Below, piece after piece: positions 26,783 through 35,552 of a stretch of DNA of 64,000 nt. The stretch is from a virus (lineage: Duplodnaviria; Caudoviricetes). Below the pieces are notes generated by a model. That model saw only the letters and a list, made by a program, of their open reading frames with translations, was not told the origin of the DNA and did not search any database. Numbering within the stretch: the first letter of the stretch is position 1; every line of letters begins with the position of its first letter. A program made the translations under genes and the position numbers. The stretch spans positions 1 to 64,000 of the IMG/VR virus record IMGVR_UViG_3300015214_000004. One strand, written 5' to 3'.

Positions 26783-27399
26783 GTATATGCCCATTGTTGC
26801 ATATTTCAAATTATCTGTTTATATTTGCGCTTCTTCCATTTCAAAGAACATGACAGTAAATCCTTAAAACAGCTTCCGCCAGGGGGCTGTTTTTTTTATA
26901 AAAAATTTATATATTTGCAATAATTGTCATATATTTGCATGACCACAAAACAATATGAAAGTAGAATATATTACACATCAAGATATTTGCGGAGCTGATT
27001 GCTCCCTTGATAGTCGTTCTCTATTAGTGTTTTGTGGTCAAAAATACAAAATAGGGAGCTTTCACCCCGCAACTTCCAAAACTGATTTCATCGAGTTTAA
27101 AACAAAAGTGGGAGGCTGGTATTTAGGCCAGTCTATGTCGAAATTATCATCAACAAAACAATTTAAAATTAAGTGCTGGCAATGTCCTAAACTGACAACC
27201 AGTGACCTGAACTATGTTTTGTTGATAGGTCAAAATATTATAAATAGAAGTATTTATAATTACGTAGGAATAGCGTAGGGATACCGATTGATAATAATTC
27301 GACTTGTTTGATATCTTAAATGAATGAATAAATAATTAAATTTATAAGTTCAGGGATATAAAGACTTTATTTATATATAATTAAAAAATAATTAAAAAA

Positions 27400-27747
27400 A
27401 TGGAAGAAAATAACATTTTTAACAGAATTATCTTAATCATTAAAAACATTAAAGCGTATAAGTATTGGAAAGCAAAAAGAAAAGGAAAAAAGTTCTGTGA
27501 ACATGAAAGGGGTTGTGGATATTATTTGACGCTTGGATTACTTGGTCATAATGTAAAAGGCCAAAAATGGGAAACGGAAATGCAAAGCGGTAAAACAGGC
27601 ATATATGAATTGGTAGGTTATGAAAGTTTCGGAGACCCTCATGATATGGTAAAGAAAAGCTGGTGGAATTTTATAGGTTATAAAGGGATTAAACCAATAA
27701 AAGAATGTAGTTTTAATGAATTTTTATCTATTTACTGCAAAAAATAA
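27400..27747 (+). CDS. Hypothetical protein
   Basis: Clean ORF with A-rich leader. Confidence 0.55.
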   Translation: MEENNIFNRIILIIKNIKAYKYWKAKRKGKKFCEHERGCGYYLTLGLLGHNVKGQKWETEMQSGKTGIYELVGYESFGDPHDMVKKSWWNFIGYKGIKPIKECSFNEFLSIYCKK

Positions 27748-27753
27748 TCAGAG

Positions 27754-27937
27754 TGCTTTGGTATGTGCTTTGCCATTATTTACCAAAGCATTTTAAAAAT
27801 AAAAAAACGAAAAAAAATGAATCAAAAAACAGAAACACAAGTAATTAACAAAAATGCTTTGCCAGTTGCTTTGGTAAAAAATACCAAAGCATTTTTACAA
27901 AAAAAATATTAGTGCTTTGGTAAAAAATACCAGGGCA
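27754..27937. repeat. Intergenic cluster of initiator-type iterons
   Basis: TGCTTTG at 27754, 27766, 27855, 27867 and 27913; CAAAGCA at 27784 and 27885; three TGCTTTG-N11-CA(AA/GG)GCA pairs. Confidence 0.75.
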
Positions 27938-27965
27938 AAACATAAAAACTAAAATATGGAAAACA

Positions 27966-28394
27966 ATGGAAAGAGAAATTAAATTCCGTGCATGGGACAA
28001 TAAAAACAAAAAATGGTTATTGGGATATGAATATCCAAACCTGAGAGGTTTTTCTTTAACTGGTGAATGTGTAATGCTTGGTGAATGGGCAAGTGTATTT
28101 GAAATGTTCCTGTTTGAGAAAAACGGCTTAAAATGGGATGATTTAAAGATTATGCAATATACTGGATTGAAAGATAAAAATGAAAAAGAAACATATGAAG
28201 GCGACATAGTAAAAACAGGATATGGTGTTGGATCGGTTATTTTCGTAAATAGCTGTTTTATGATACAATGGTTAGATGATAAAGAATCATACGTTGAATT
28301 ATTGATATCAAGGAAATTTCCACATGTAAGAAAAGATGATGATATGTTTGAGGTTATTGGAAATATTTACGAAAACAATGAATTATTAAAATGA
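27966..28394 (+). CDS. YopX family protein
   Basis: REIKFRAWD, IMQYTGLKDKNEKETYEGDIV and EVIGNIYEN. Confidence 0.9.
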   Translation: MEREIKFRAWDNKNKKWLLGYEYPNLRGFSLTGECVMLGEWASVFEMFLFEKNGLKWDDLKIMQYTGLKDKNEKETYEGDIVKTGYGVGSVIFVNSCFMIQWLDDKESYVELLISRKFPHVRKDDDMFEVIGNIYENNELLK

Positions 28395-28564
28395 CAACAT
28401 TTGTAGTACCGATAGCATATAAAAAAATAATTATTAAAATTATATGTTATATCATAATAAATTTATAATATTGTACAGTAAACAAATAAAAAAACACATG
28501 AACTACACGCCAAACGAAAAAAAAGTATATAATATACCATCTATGTTTAAATTATATTGAATTT

Positions 28565-28798
28565 ATGTCAAATGAAACAGACATAAAAATAATATCGACC
28601 AAAATAACAAACATGGCGTTTACTAATGTAGGTTATTGTGAATTAAGGCAATTTATAATAAATTCAATAACAGAAATAGCTGTTGCATCATATAACAAAG
28701 GGTCTAAAGACAAACAAGAAACAATCACAAAGATAAAAGAAGCGCAGGATAGGATTATTAAGAATAAATTTAAAAAGATACTTAATGGATATATGTGA
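28565..28798 (+). CDS. Hypothetical protein
   Basis: Short ORF converging on the next gene. Confidence 0.45.
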   Translation: MSNETDIKIISTKITNMAFTNVGYCELRQFIINSITEIAVASYNKGSKDKQETITKIKEAQDRIIKNKFKKILNGYM

Positions 28799-28850
28799 CA
28801 AAAAAAATGCCCAAGTAATGGGCATTAGTTTTTTAGCGGCAATGGTTTTT

Positions 28851-29114
28851 TTAATCATCCAATGCTTCAATAGTTTCTACTGTTGCTGTAACCCAGCATT
28901 TGATCATAGTTCCGTGTTCGCCTGCCCCATATCCGGTACGAACCCAAATCTCAGAATTGACCAATCCATCAGAAACACCATCTTTATCGCAAACAGATGG
29001 AAAAGCAAGCATTCCAACAGTGTCAAAAGCCATAGTAACAGAATCATAATCTACCGGTTTTCCGGCGCCAGACCCTTTCCTTATTCGTCTGACTACAAAA
29101 TTTTCTAATGCCAT
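28851..29114 (-). CDS. Small isolated minus-strand protein, possibly a virion accessory protein
   Basis: Less AT-biased, structural-gene-like composition. Its upstream TATATTTTTGT is identical to the box before the scaffold gene. Confidence 0.5.
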   Translation of the reverse strand: MALENFVVRRIRKGSGAGKPVDYDSVTMAFDTVGMLAFPSVCDKDGVSDGLVNSEIWVRTGYGAGEHGTMIKCWVTATVETIEALDD

Positions 29115-29167
29115 GATATTATAAATTTTAAAAAAGTTAATAATTGTAACAAAAATATAGTAAAAAA

Positions 29168-30133
29168 ATGAGAAAAATCAAAAACATCCTTCTCTACATA
29201 GACAGTGAGAAAAGCGTGTGCAATTATTGGCGAGGTACAGGTGTGTTCAACGAACTGGAAAGGGACGGCCATGTAAAGACAAAAATATCAGATTGGAAAG
29301 AATCGTTGATAACATTAAGGAAACATGACATTGCGTATTTTCAAAGACCGATGTTTGGCCATTGCTTGCAACAGGTATTGATGGCGAAAGACTGCGGATT
29401 GAAGGTATGGGTAGACCTTGACGATTGGATGTCGTTACCTGACAACCACCCGGCAAAAAAGACTTACGATTCCAATTTTGACCTAAAAGCATTTAAGACT
29501 ATAATGATGGCGGCAGACATAGTGTCTGTAACAAACGATAAAATGAAGGAATCATATTTAAGGTTCAATACCAATATAGTTGTAATACCAAATGCAATAA
29601 ACGACAGGTTGTTCAAGCAAAGGCCGCAATCAACAAATAAAGTTTTGTTATGGAGGGGGGGGGTGAACCATATTAACGACATAAGGACAGAAACAGAATC
29701 AATAAAATACATCCTTGAAACGCATAACGACTGGAATTTTGTAACTATTGGAGAAAGGCTGCCAGAATATGACAGGGTAAAGAACCATCAACATATTGGC
29801 AGGTTAAGTATGCATGATTATTTTGGTTTTATGTTACAATTAAACCCGGCCATTGTAATCGCCCCACTTGAAGAAAACAAGTTCAATATGTTAAAAAGCA
29901 ATATCGTTTGGCAAGAAGCAACTATTTCTGGTGCAGTATGTGTCACACCTGAATTTTCATCTTGTTGTGATGGTATTAAATATTGCTATTCTATCAGGGA
30001 CGAACTTGATAGGATAATGAAAAACAGAAGGCTGATATATGAAAACTTTAAATCTTCCGTTGTGTCATTGAGAAAAAACTATTATTTGTCCAATATTAAC
30101 AAACTTAGATTAAAAATAATAAAGTCGCTATGA
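29168..30133 (+). CDS. Glycosyltransferase (GT-B / GT4-like)
   Basis: AYFQRP, WVDLDD, ADIVSVTN..VIPNAI, LLWRGG and KSNIVWQEA. Confidence 0.8.
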   Translation: MRKIKNILLYIDSEKSVCNYWRGTGVFNELERDGHVKTKISDWKESLITLRKHDIAYFQRPMFGHCLQQVLMAKDCGLKVWVDLDDWMSLPDNHPAKKTYDSNFDLKAFKTIMMAADIVSVTNDKMKESYLRFNTNIVVIPNAINDRLFKQRPQSTNKVLLWRGGVNHINDIRTETESIKYILETHNDWNFVTIGERLPEYDRVKNHQHIGRLSMHDYFGFMLQLNPAIVIAPLEENKFNMLKSNIVWQEATISGAVCVTPEFSSCCDGIKYCYSIRDELDRIMKNRRLIYENFKSSVVSLRKNYYLSNINKLRLKIIKSL

Positions 30134-31179
30134 TAAAATACGAAGATCAAGTAGAACTTGTAAGGCCGTGGTGGAACCATAAAAAGTTCCATGAGGACAA
30201 ATTGAAAGATGTCACGGTCCTTATATGCCAAAGGAAAACGAAAGAATTAATAACCTTGTGCCTTGAGAGCCTTTTGAATTTTTACCATGACATAAACGTT
30301 TTAGTGGTGGACGGTGATAGTCAAGACGATTCTTTATTGTATCTAAAGTTTAAAGCTGCGATGTACCCGAACGTGAAGGTATGGGAGAGGAAAGGGATAA
30401 ACTCTCATGGGGTAACTATGGACGAAGCTATAAAACAACACATAAAAACAAAATATGTCCTTTTGATGGATTCAGATGTCATTACAATCCGGGGCGGATG
30501 GATAGAAGAAATGTTGGCAAGCATGAAAATGGGGGCATATGCGACTGGGGCACTGATGCTGGTCACACGATCGAATTATGCCATTGGACTTCCAAAAGAC
30601 GAGGACGATGTTTTAAGGTATGTCCACCCGTCAACAGGTATGTATGACGTTGAACAGTACAAAAAAATGGAACCATTTGCAGATCATGGTGCTCCTTGCG
30701 TTTTTAACATGTTGGATGCAGAGAAAAAAAACCTTATTGTCGATTATTATCCAATTGACAGGTATGTCGCCCATTTGAGCGGAGCAAGCTGGTGTGTCCC
30801 GAAACCAATATGGCCACATGGGTTCAATGTTAGGCCGGTCTATTTCATGACAATAATACCATACGGGACAGAGCAAATGTACGAATCATTATATTGTCAG
30901 AAATATCAATGGTTTGATATTGTATTTGAAGGCGTATATGTTAAGGAACATATTATAATGCACCAATTTGGGGAAAGGAACGTAGGAAATTCAAATTATC
31001 AAAACAGGATGCTTGTAAATGGCGAATATGTTTGTGAAATAAATGAATGCGTCTCTGCGACATTTGAAGAAAAATTTATAAATTACATTATAGAGAACGG
31101 GGCTGTTGATGAATTGGAAATAGATAATATTAAAATTGTAAAACGCAATAAATGGCAACAGGAGAACGCATTGAGATAA
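30130..31179 (+). CDS. Glycosyltransferase family 2 (GT-A)
   Basis: VTVLI, VLVVDGDSQD and YVLLMDSD (DxD). Confidence 0.85.
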   Translation: MIKYEDQVELVRPWWNHKKFHEDKLKDVTVLICQRKTKELITLCLESLLNFYHDINVLVVDGDSQDDSLLYLKFKAAMYPNVKVWERKGINSHGVTMDEAIKQHIKTKYVLLMDSDVITIRGGWIEEMLASMKMGAYATGALMLVTRSNYAIGLPKDEDDVLRYVHPSTGMYDVEQYKKMEPFADHGAPCVFNMLDAEKKNLIVDYYPIDRYVAHLSGASWCVPKPIWPHGFNVRPVYFMTIIPYGTEQMYESLYCQKYQWFDIVFEGVYVKEHIIMHQFGERNVGNSNYQNRMLVNGEYVCEINECVSATFEEKFINYIIENGAVDELEIDNIKIVKRNKWQQENALR

Positions 31180-31835
31180 ACATATTTTGGCACATACTAT
31201 TGAAAAACCATGCCATTGAAATAATCCGGGAACAATTACGCTGCATGAAAGAAAGCGGGCTTTTCGACAGGGCAAACAATATATTTATTGGGCTTATAGT
31301 TGTGGATTTTACTTTATTAAAAGAATTTCAATTAATAATTTCATCAATAAAAACAAATATTGTTGCGGAAAGCGTAAATGAACTGGATTATGAATTTTTA
31401 ACACTTGATTATGTTTATGAAAAATGTTGCAAAGAGAACCCATTTTATGGTCTTTACATACACACTAAGGGGGTAAGTTATCCCGGAAATGAGGGAGGGA
31501 AATTTTGGCTTGATTATATGAACCATTATAACATTACAAGATGGAAAGAAGCGGTTGACAAATTGGACAAAGGATATGATTTATTTGGCGTAAATATGTT
31601 GACAGAAAATAATATCCCAGCAAATAGAAGGCATTATTCAGGAAATTTTTTTTGGTTTTGGTCTGATTATATATCAACGCTTACAGATCCTAAATTACTT
31701 GACAGGAGAAACAGGGGAGAAGCAGAGATGTGGGCATGTTCCAATTATCCCATAGCGGCTACCGGATGCCAGGTATTTGTTGATTATAACACAAAAGGAA
31801 AATTTGAACCATTTAAAATAAATAGCAACATATGA
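31152..31835 (+). CDS. Putative glycosyltransferase of a viral family
   Basis: YIHTKGVS, HYSGNFFW and EAEMW motifs; located in the GT cluster. Confidence 0.6.
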   Translation: MATGERIEINIFWHILLKNHAIEIIREQLRCMKESGLFDRANNIFIGLIVVDFTLLKEFQLIISSIKTNIVAESVNELDYEFLTLDYVYEKCCKENPFYGLYIHTKGVSYPGNEGGKFWLDYMNHYNITRWKEAVDKLDKGYDLFGVNMLTENNIPANRRHYSGNFFWFWSDYISTLTDPKLLDRRNRGEAEMWACSNYPIAATGCQVFVDYNTKGKFEPFKINSNI

Positions 31836-32617
31836 ACTACGTACATTCGCTTTGTTGGAACCTTCCCTGGGAAGTAAAAGAAGCCACAAAATCGTTATAT
31901 GAACTAAACGACAAAAAAGATTTTGTCCATATAATCGTTGATTTGGGTTTTCCGTTGATTAAAGATGTGGTTCCAAAAGATATTGAAGAAACAAAAAAAC
32001 AACAATCACAATTATTGCAAGGAATAGCAAAGCAATTTGGTTCTGTCTATTTGCAATTGCCAAACGTTGGAGTTTCACAAAACTGGACCGCTGTCTATGA
32101 ATGGTTAGTGGCATATCATGGTTTTACTGAAAAGGACAACCTTATCTGTGCAGACCCTGACGAAAGGCCAAGGCCCAGGAATTGGGTACAGGCCATTGGT
32201 GATGTTTTGAGATCAGAAGAAAAATACGGATGGGTTTCATTGTCGCTCCCAGAACATTTTCCGATATTGAACAAGTCAAATACCATAGAAAAAAAAATAT
32301 CCGGCCATAGGGTATGGGAAATAATAGGTAACCTTAATTGGGCGCAAGGTGGGTTTTCAGGAAAATTCCTGTCAGAAGAAGGGGGCATACCATACCTGGA
32401 AGAAATGCCTATTTATGGAGGCATTGAACATGCATCATTGATTGTGATGAAAGAATTAGGGTACAAATGGTGCATGTTGCCTGATTATATTGTAGACCAC
32501 ACCGATTATGAAAAAGGGACAGAAGGAGCTTCAAGATTGTTAAGGGAATGGAAAAATGATATAATCTTTAATTTAAAACAACAAATAACATTTGAAGAAT
32601 GGCTAAAAAGGTTTTAG
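31832..32617 (+). CDS. Putative GT-A glycosyltransferase
   Basis: HIIVDLG, GVSQNW and ICADPDE (DxD). Confidence 0.6.
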   Translation: MNYVHSLCWNLPWEVKEATKSLYELNDKKDFVHIIVDLGFPLIKDVVPKDIEETKKQQSQLLQGIAKQFGSVYLQLPNVGVSQNWTAVYEWLVAYHGFTEKDNLICADPDERPRPRNWVQAIGDVLRSEEKYGWVSLSLPEHFPILNKSNTIEKKISGHRVWEIIGNLNWAQGGFSGKFLSEEGGIPYLEEMPIYGGIEHASLIVMKELGYKWCMLPDYIVDHTDYEKGTEGASRLLREWKNDIIFNLKQQITFEEWLKRF

Positions 32618-33477
32618 TTCTTGGTGCTGCTGGGTTTATAGGTAGCAATATTGCTAAATCGTTAAATGAAAACGGATATGTTGTTGCCGGTGTTGACAAC
32701 ATGAGTTTTGGAAGCGAGAAAAACGTACCTGATATTGTTTTTGGCCGTCAATGTATATCAACATTGGAAAAAGATTTGTTAAATACATTTGATGTAATAG
32801 TATCTTCTTATTGTTCAAACATAATATATGCAATGGACAATATGGTTGAGACATATATCAATAATATTGTAAATGGTATAAAATGTTTTTCAAAATTCAA
32901 TGGAAAAATAATATATCTTAGTACATCGTCTGTTTATGGAAATCAAAAAGAATATCCTACAAAAGAAGATGCTGAGATAAATTTACACGGGGCATACGCT
33001 ATCTCGAAACATGTTATGGAACAATATCTAAAGCAGAGGGGAAACTTCACCACGCTTAGGCTGTCAAATGTATATGGCTATAACCATAGGCCTGAAAACC
33101 CTTATTGTGGTGTAATAAACAAGTTTATATATAATAAATTGACAAATAATGTCAATAAAATATCAGGTGGATATAGTTCATCAAGGGACTATACGTTTGT
33201 TACCGATGTTGTAAATGCTTTAATAAAATGCATTCAATTACCAGCATTTAATCAAGAGATCAATATTGGGACATCGACAGAAACAACTATCTTTGAATTG
33301 GCAAAGATGATAGGCGGTGACTATGAGGTTATTAAAAAAAGAGAGATTGATGTGATAGAAAGAAGGTGTTTGGATATAAGCAAGGCTAAAAAACTTCTTG
33401 GATGGGAACCAAAGGTATGTTTGGAAGAAGGCTTGAAATTGACAGAACAATGGATCAAAGAAAACTATGTTAAATAA
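32599..33477 (+). CDS. NAD-dependent epimerase/dehydratase (extended SDR)
   Basis: GAAGFIG, STSSVYG, YAISK (YxxxK), LRLSNVYG and SRDYTFVTDVV. Confidence 0.93.
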   Translation: MAKKVLVLGAAGFIGSNIAKSLNENGYVVAGVDNMSFGSEKNVPDIVFGRQCISTLEKDLLNTFDVIVSSYCSNIIYAMDNMVETYINNIVNGIKCFSKFNGKIIYLSTSSVYGNQKEYPTKEDAEINLHGAYAISKHVMEQYLKQRGNFTTLRLSNVYGYNHRPENPYCGVINKFIYNKLTNNVNKISGGYSSSRDYTFVTDVVNALIKCIQLPAFNQEINIGTSTETTIFELAKMIGGDYEVIKKREIDVIERRCLDISKAKKLLGWEPKVCLEEGLKLTEQWIKENYVK

Positions 33478-33808
33478 TTTACGCAACATACACGCATACG
33501 TGAAACCGGAAGGTTTTGTCCTTTTGCCGGACGAATCTTTTATTTTAGACAAAGCAACAAACAGGAACCAAAAAAGGCTGTTAATGAAATATGTCAGGAA
33601 AATTCATGCCAATATAGCAGAATTAGAAAACTATTTCTACGACAGCCTTTTTATTGACGAAAAAGGATACAATGAAGCGTATACGGAATGTCTTGATAAG
33701 TACCATGAAATATGTGAGCGGTTCAGGTGGGTCCGTGGAATAAATATGGATGAATATTATTTTGTTAAACTATTTAAACCATTGGAAAATGAAGCCGATT
33801 GTATTTGA
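33467..33808 (+). CDS. Hypothetical protein
   Basis: Operonic ORF. Confidence 0.5.
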   Translation: MLNNLRNIHAYVKPEGFVLLPDESFILDKATNRNQKRLLMKYVRKIHANIAELENYFYDSLFIDEKGYNEAYTECLDKYHEICERFRWVRGINMDEYYFVKLFKPLENEADCI

Positions 33809-34301
33809 CAACGAAATGACCACTCATAATATAGTGTCTTTAATGGAATCAATACATGATTCAATTAGTAAGGAAAAAATCATTTTATATTTTAGCGGGC
33901 ACGGAATAAATATATCAGGGGAGAAGATGTTGATAAACTTTATAAATAATTTGGATTTAAACAATGTTCAAATAGAAATAATTGCATTTAACCATTTGTT
34001 TGAAAGTGCATTTAATGTTTTTTTTAAATGTTGTCCGCAAAAGTCAATTTTAAAGACTGTAATAGGTATGATAAGGTTGCCGCAAGACCCTGCCGCTTTA
34101 AAAGAAATTAGGGTTGAAAACAGGTTTTTATACGATGTGGCAAAAAAAGATAATGAAACATTTTTAAAATGGATAAGCCCTGTAAATTTTACAGAAAGGG
34201 AAGCAAGAAAGATAAAGTCTGGAAAACAATTAATGTTGGACAACAACAGGCTTATGACAATATTACACGGATATTATAACATATTATCAGAACCGGTGTA
34301 A
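33789..34301 (+). CDS. Degenerate ClpP-fold protein
   Basis: ILYFSGHG, IIAFNHLFESAF and GMIRLP align by eye with ClpP motifs LYINSPGG, xASxG and MIHQP. The stop codon lies within the IS right end. Confidence 0.5.
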   Translation: MKPIVFDNEMTTHNIVSLMESIHDSISKEKIILYFSGHGINISGEKMLINFINNLDLNNVQIEIIAFNHLFESAFNVFFKCCPQKSILKTVIGMIRLPQDPAALKEIRVENRFLYDVAKKDNETFLKWISPVNFTEREARKIKSGKQLMLDNNRLMTILHGYYNILSEPV

Positions 34302-35545
34302 ACTACCCACCCACAGCTAACGCTGATGGGATGGGCTTTAAACAATAAACAAGATGCGTATTACAACACAAAATACTCTGTTTTTCAGGCTGGCTTACAA
34401 CACAGCCCCATGCGGCAATATTCTTAGCAGCGTTATGATCTGCATCAGAAATATTACCACAATTTTCACATCTAAAGTGTTTGCCATTTCTTTTGCCAAT
34501 ATGCAAACATTCGCTACACGTTTGAGAAGTGTAAGCTGGCGGAATAGCGAACAACTTAATCCCATTAAGTTTAGCATTATATTCCAAAAACTGACGAAGT
34601 TGGTAAAAACTCCAACGGTTCAATTCGGTTTTAAGTGCTTTGCTTTTTGGCTTTGCTGTTTTGCGTATGCCTCTCAAATCTTCAATAGCTATGCCTTTAT
34701 TTTCTTTTTTGGCTTTAGCTACTATTTGTTTACTTATTGTGTGGTTGTTTATGGTAACAAACCTTCGTTCTCTGCCACTCAACCGTTTCAGCAGCTTGCG
34801 GCTGCTTCTTGTGCCTTTAGCCTGAACGCTGGCTCTCACTTTAGAATATTTTTTACGAAGTTTTTTAAGTTGTTCAGAATTATAGTTAGTTCCATCACTC
34901 AATGTAACGATATCCGATTGCCCAAAATCGCAACCAATAAATTCTTCTACATCCTCAACATCTTCTTCGGGAACGTCAACTGTTTGAAAAAGGTAAAACT
35001 TGCCTTTCTTGTAAACCAAATCGGCTTCTCCTTTAATGTAAGGAATGTAGCTTGGATTATGGCAAACAAAGTCAATCTTTTGCCTACCACCAATACACCA
35101 CAAAGAAACCACATTGTTAGGCTTGTAGGTCATTATCCTACTGTCATAAGCAATACTTCCAAGTGGCTTGAAGGTGCGTTTGGTTTTCTTGTCCAACTTA
35201 TAAGCATCAGCAACTTTAGCTATTTGCCTAATAAGTATTTGGGAAGAAAGTTGAAATGTAGCTTTATACGAATGGTAAACTCGGTGGTGAAGTTTAAAGT
35301 TATTGAAAATCTTTTCTTGCCAAGCCACATCAGAAATAGCATTGCAAACAGCATTAGCTTCCTTCATTGTTTCGAGAAGCAAGTCAGCCTGCTGGTCAGT
35401 AGGCAAAAGTTTTATTTTCAACGTCAACTTCATGCCATGAATATACAAAATATTTCTGATATAAGAAAATTGTTTAACTTTGGTAATGCGAAAGCAGGCG
35501 CATTCCTCCCATCGGCACTTCGTGACCAATGGGTTTCCTGCGCTT
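34298..35545 (-). mobile_element. Non-autonomous IS200/IS605-family element (TnpB only)
   Basis: Right-end hairpin at 34306-34335, ending GTAGTTTAC on the minus strand. Left-end hairpin at about 35494-35543. No tnpA. The left boundary is approximate. Confidence 0.85.
34303..35433 (-). CDS. tnpB: TnpB RNA-guided endonuclease
   Basis: Start MKLTLKIKLL, RuvC motifs GCDFG, AIEDL and DADHNAAKNI, and Zn ribbon CSEC..CENC. Confidence 0.95.
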   Translation of the reverse strand: MKLTLKIKLLPTDQQADLLLETMKEANAVCNAISDVAWQEKIFNNFKLHHRVYHSYKATFQLSSQILIRQIAKVADAYKLDKKTKRTFKPLGSIAYDSRIMTYKPNNVVSLWCIGGRQKIDFVCHNPSYIPYIKGEADLVYKKGKFYLFQTVDVPEEDVEDVEEFIGCDFGQSDIVTLSDGTNYNSEQLKKLRKKYSKVRASVQAKGTRSSRKLLKRLSGRERRFVTINNHTISKQIVAKAKKENKGIAIEDLRGIRKTAKPKSKALKTELNRWSFYQLRQFLEYNAKLNGIKLFAIPPAYTSQTCSECLHIGKRNGKHFRCENCGNISDADHNAAKNIAAWGCVVSQPEKQSILCCNTHLVYCLKPIPSALAVGG

Positions 35546-35552
35546 AGATTTT

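Noticed and set aside
26955-27278. 107-aa ORF
   Set aside because: Atypical composition and no motif; I cannot support or exclude it as a real gene.
34354-35547. 397-aa plus-strand ORF
   Set aside because: Antisense shadow of tnpB with no protein-like motifs.
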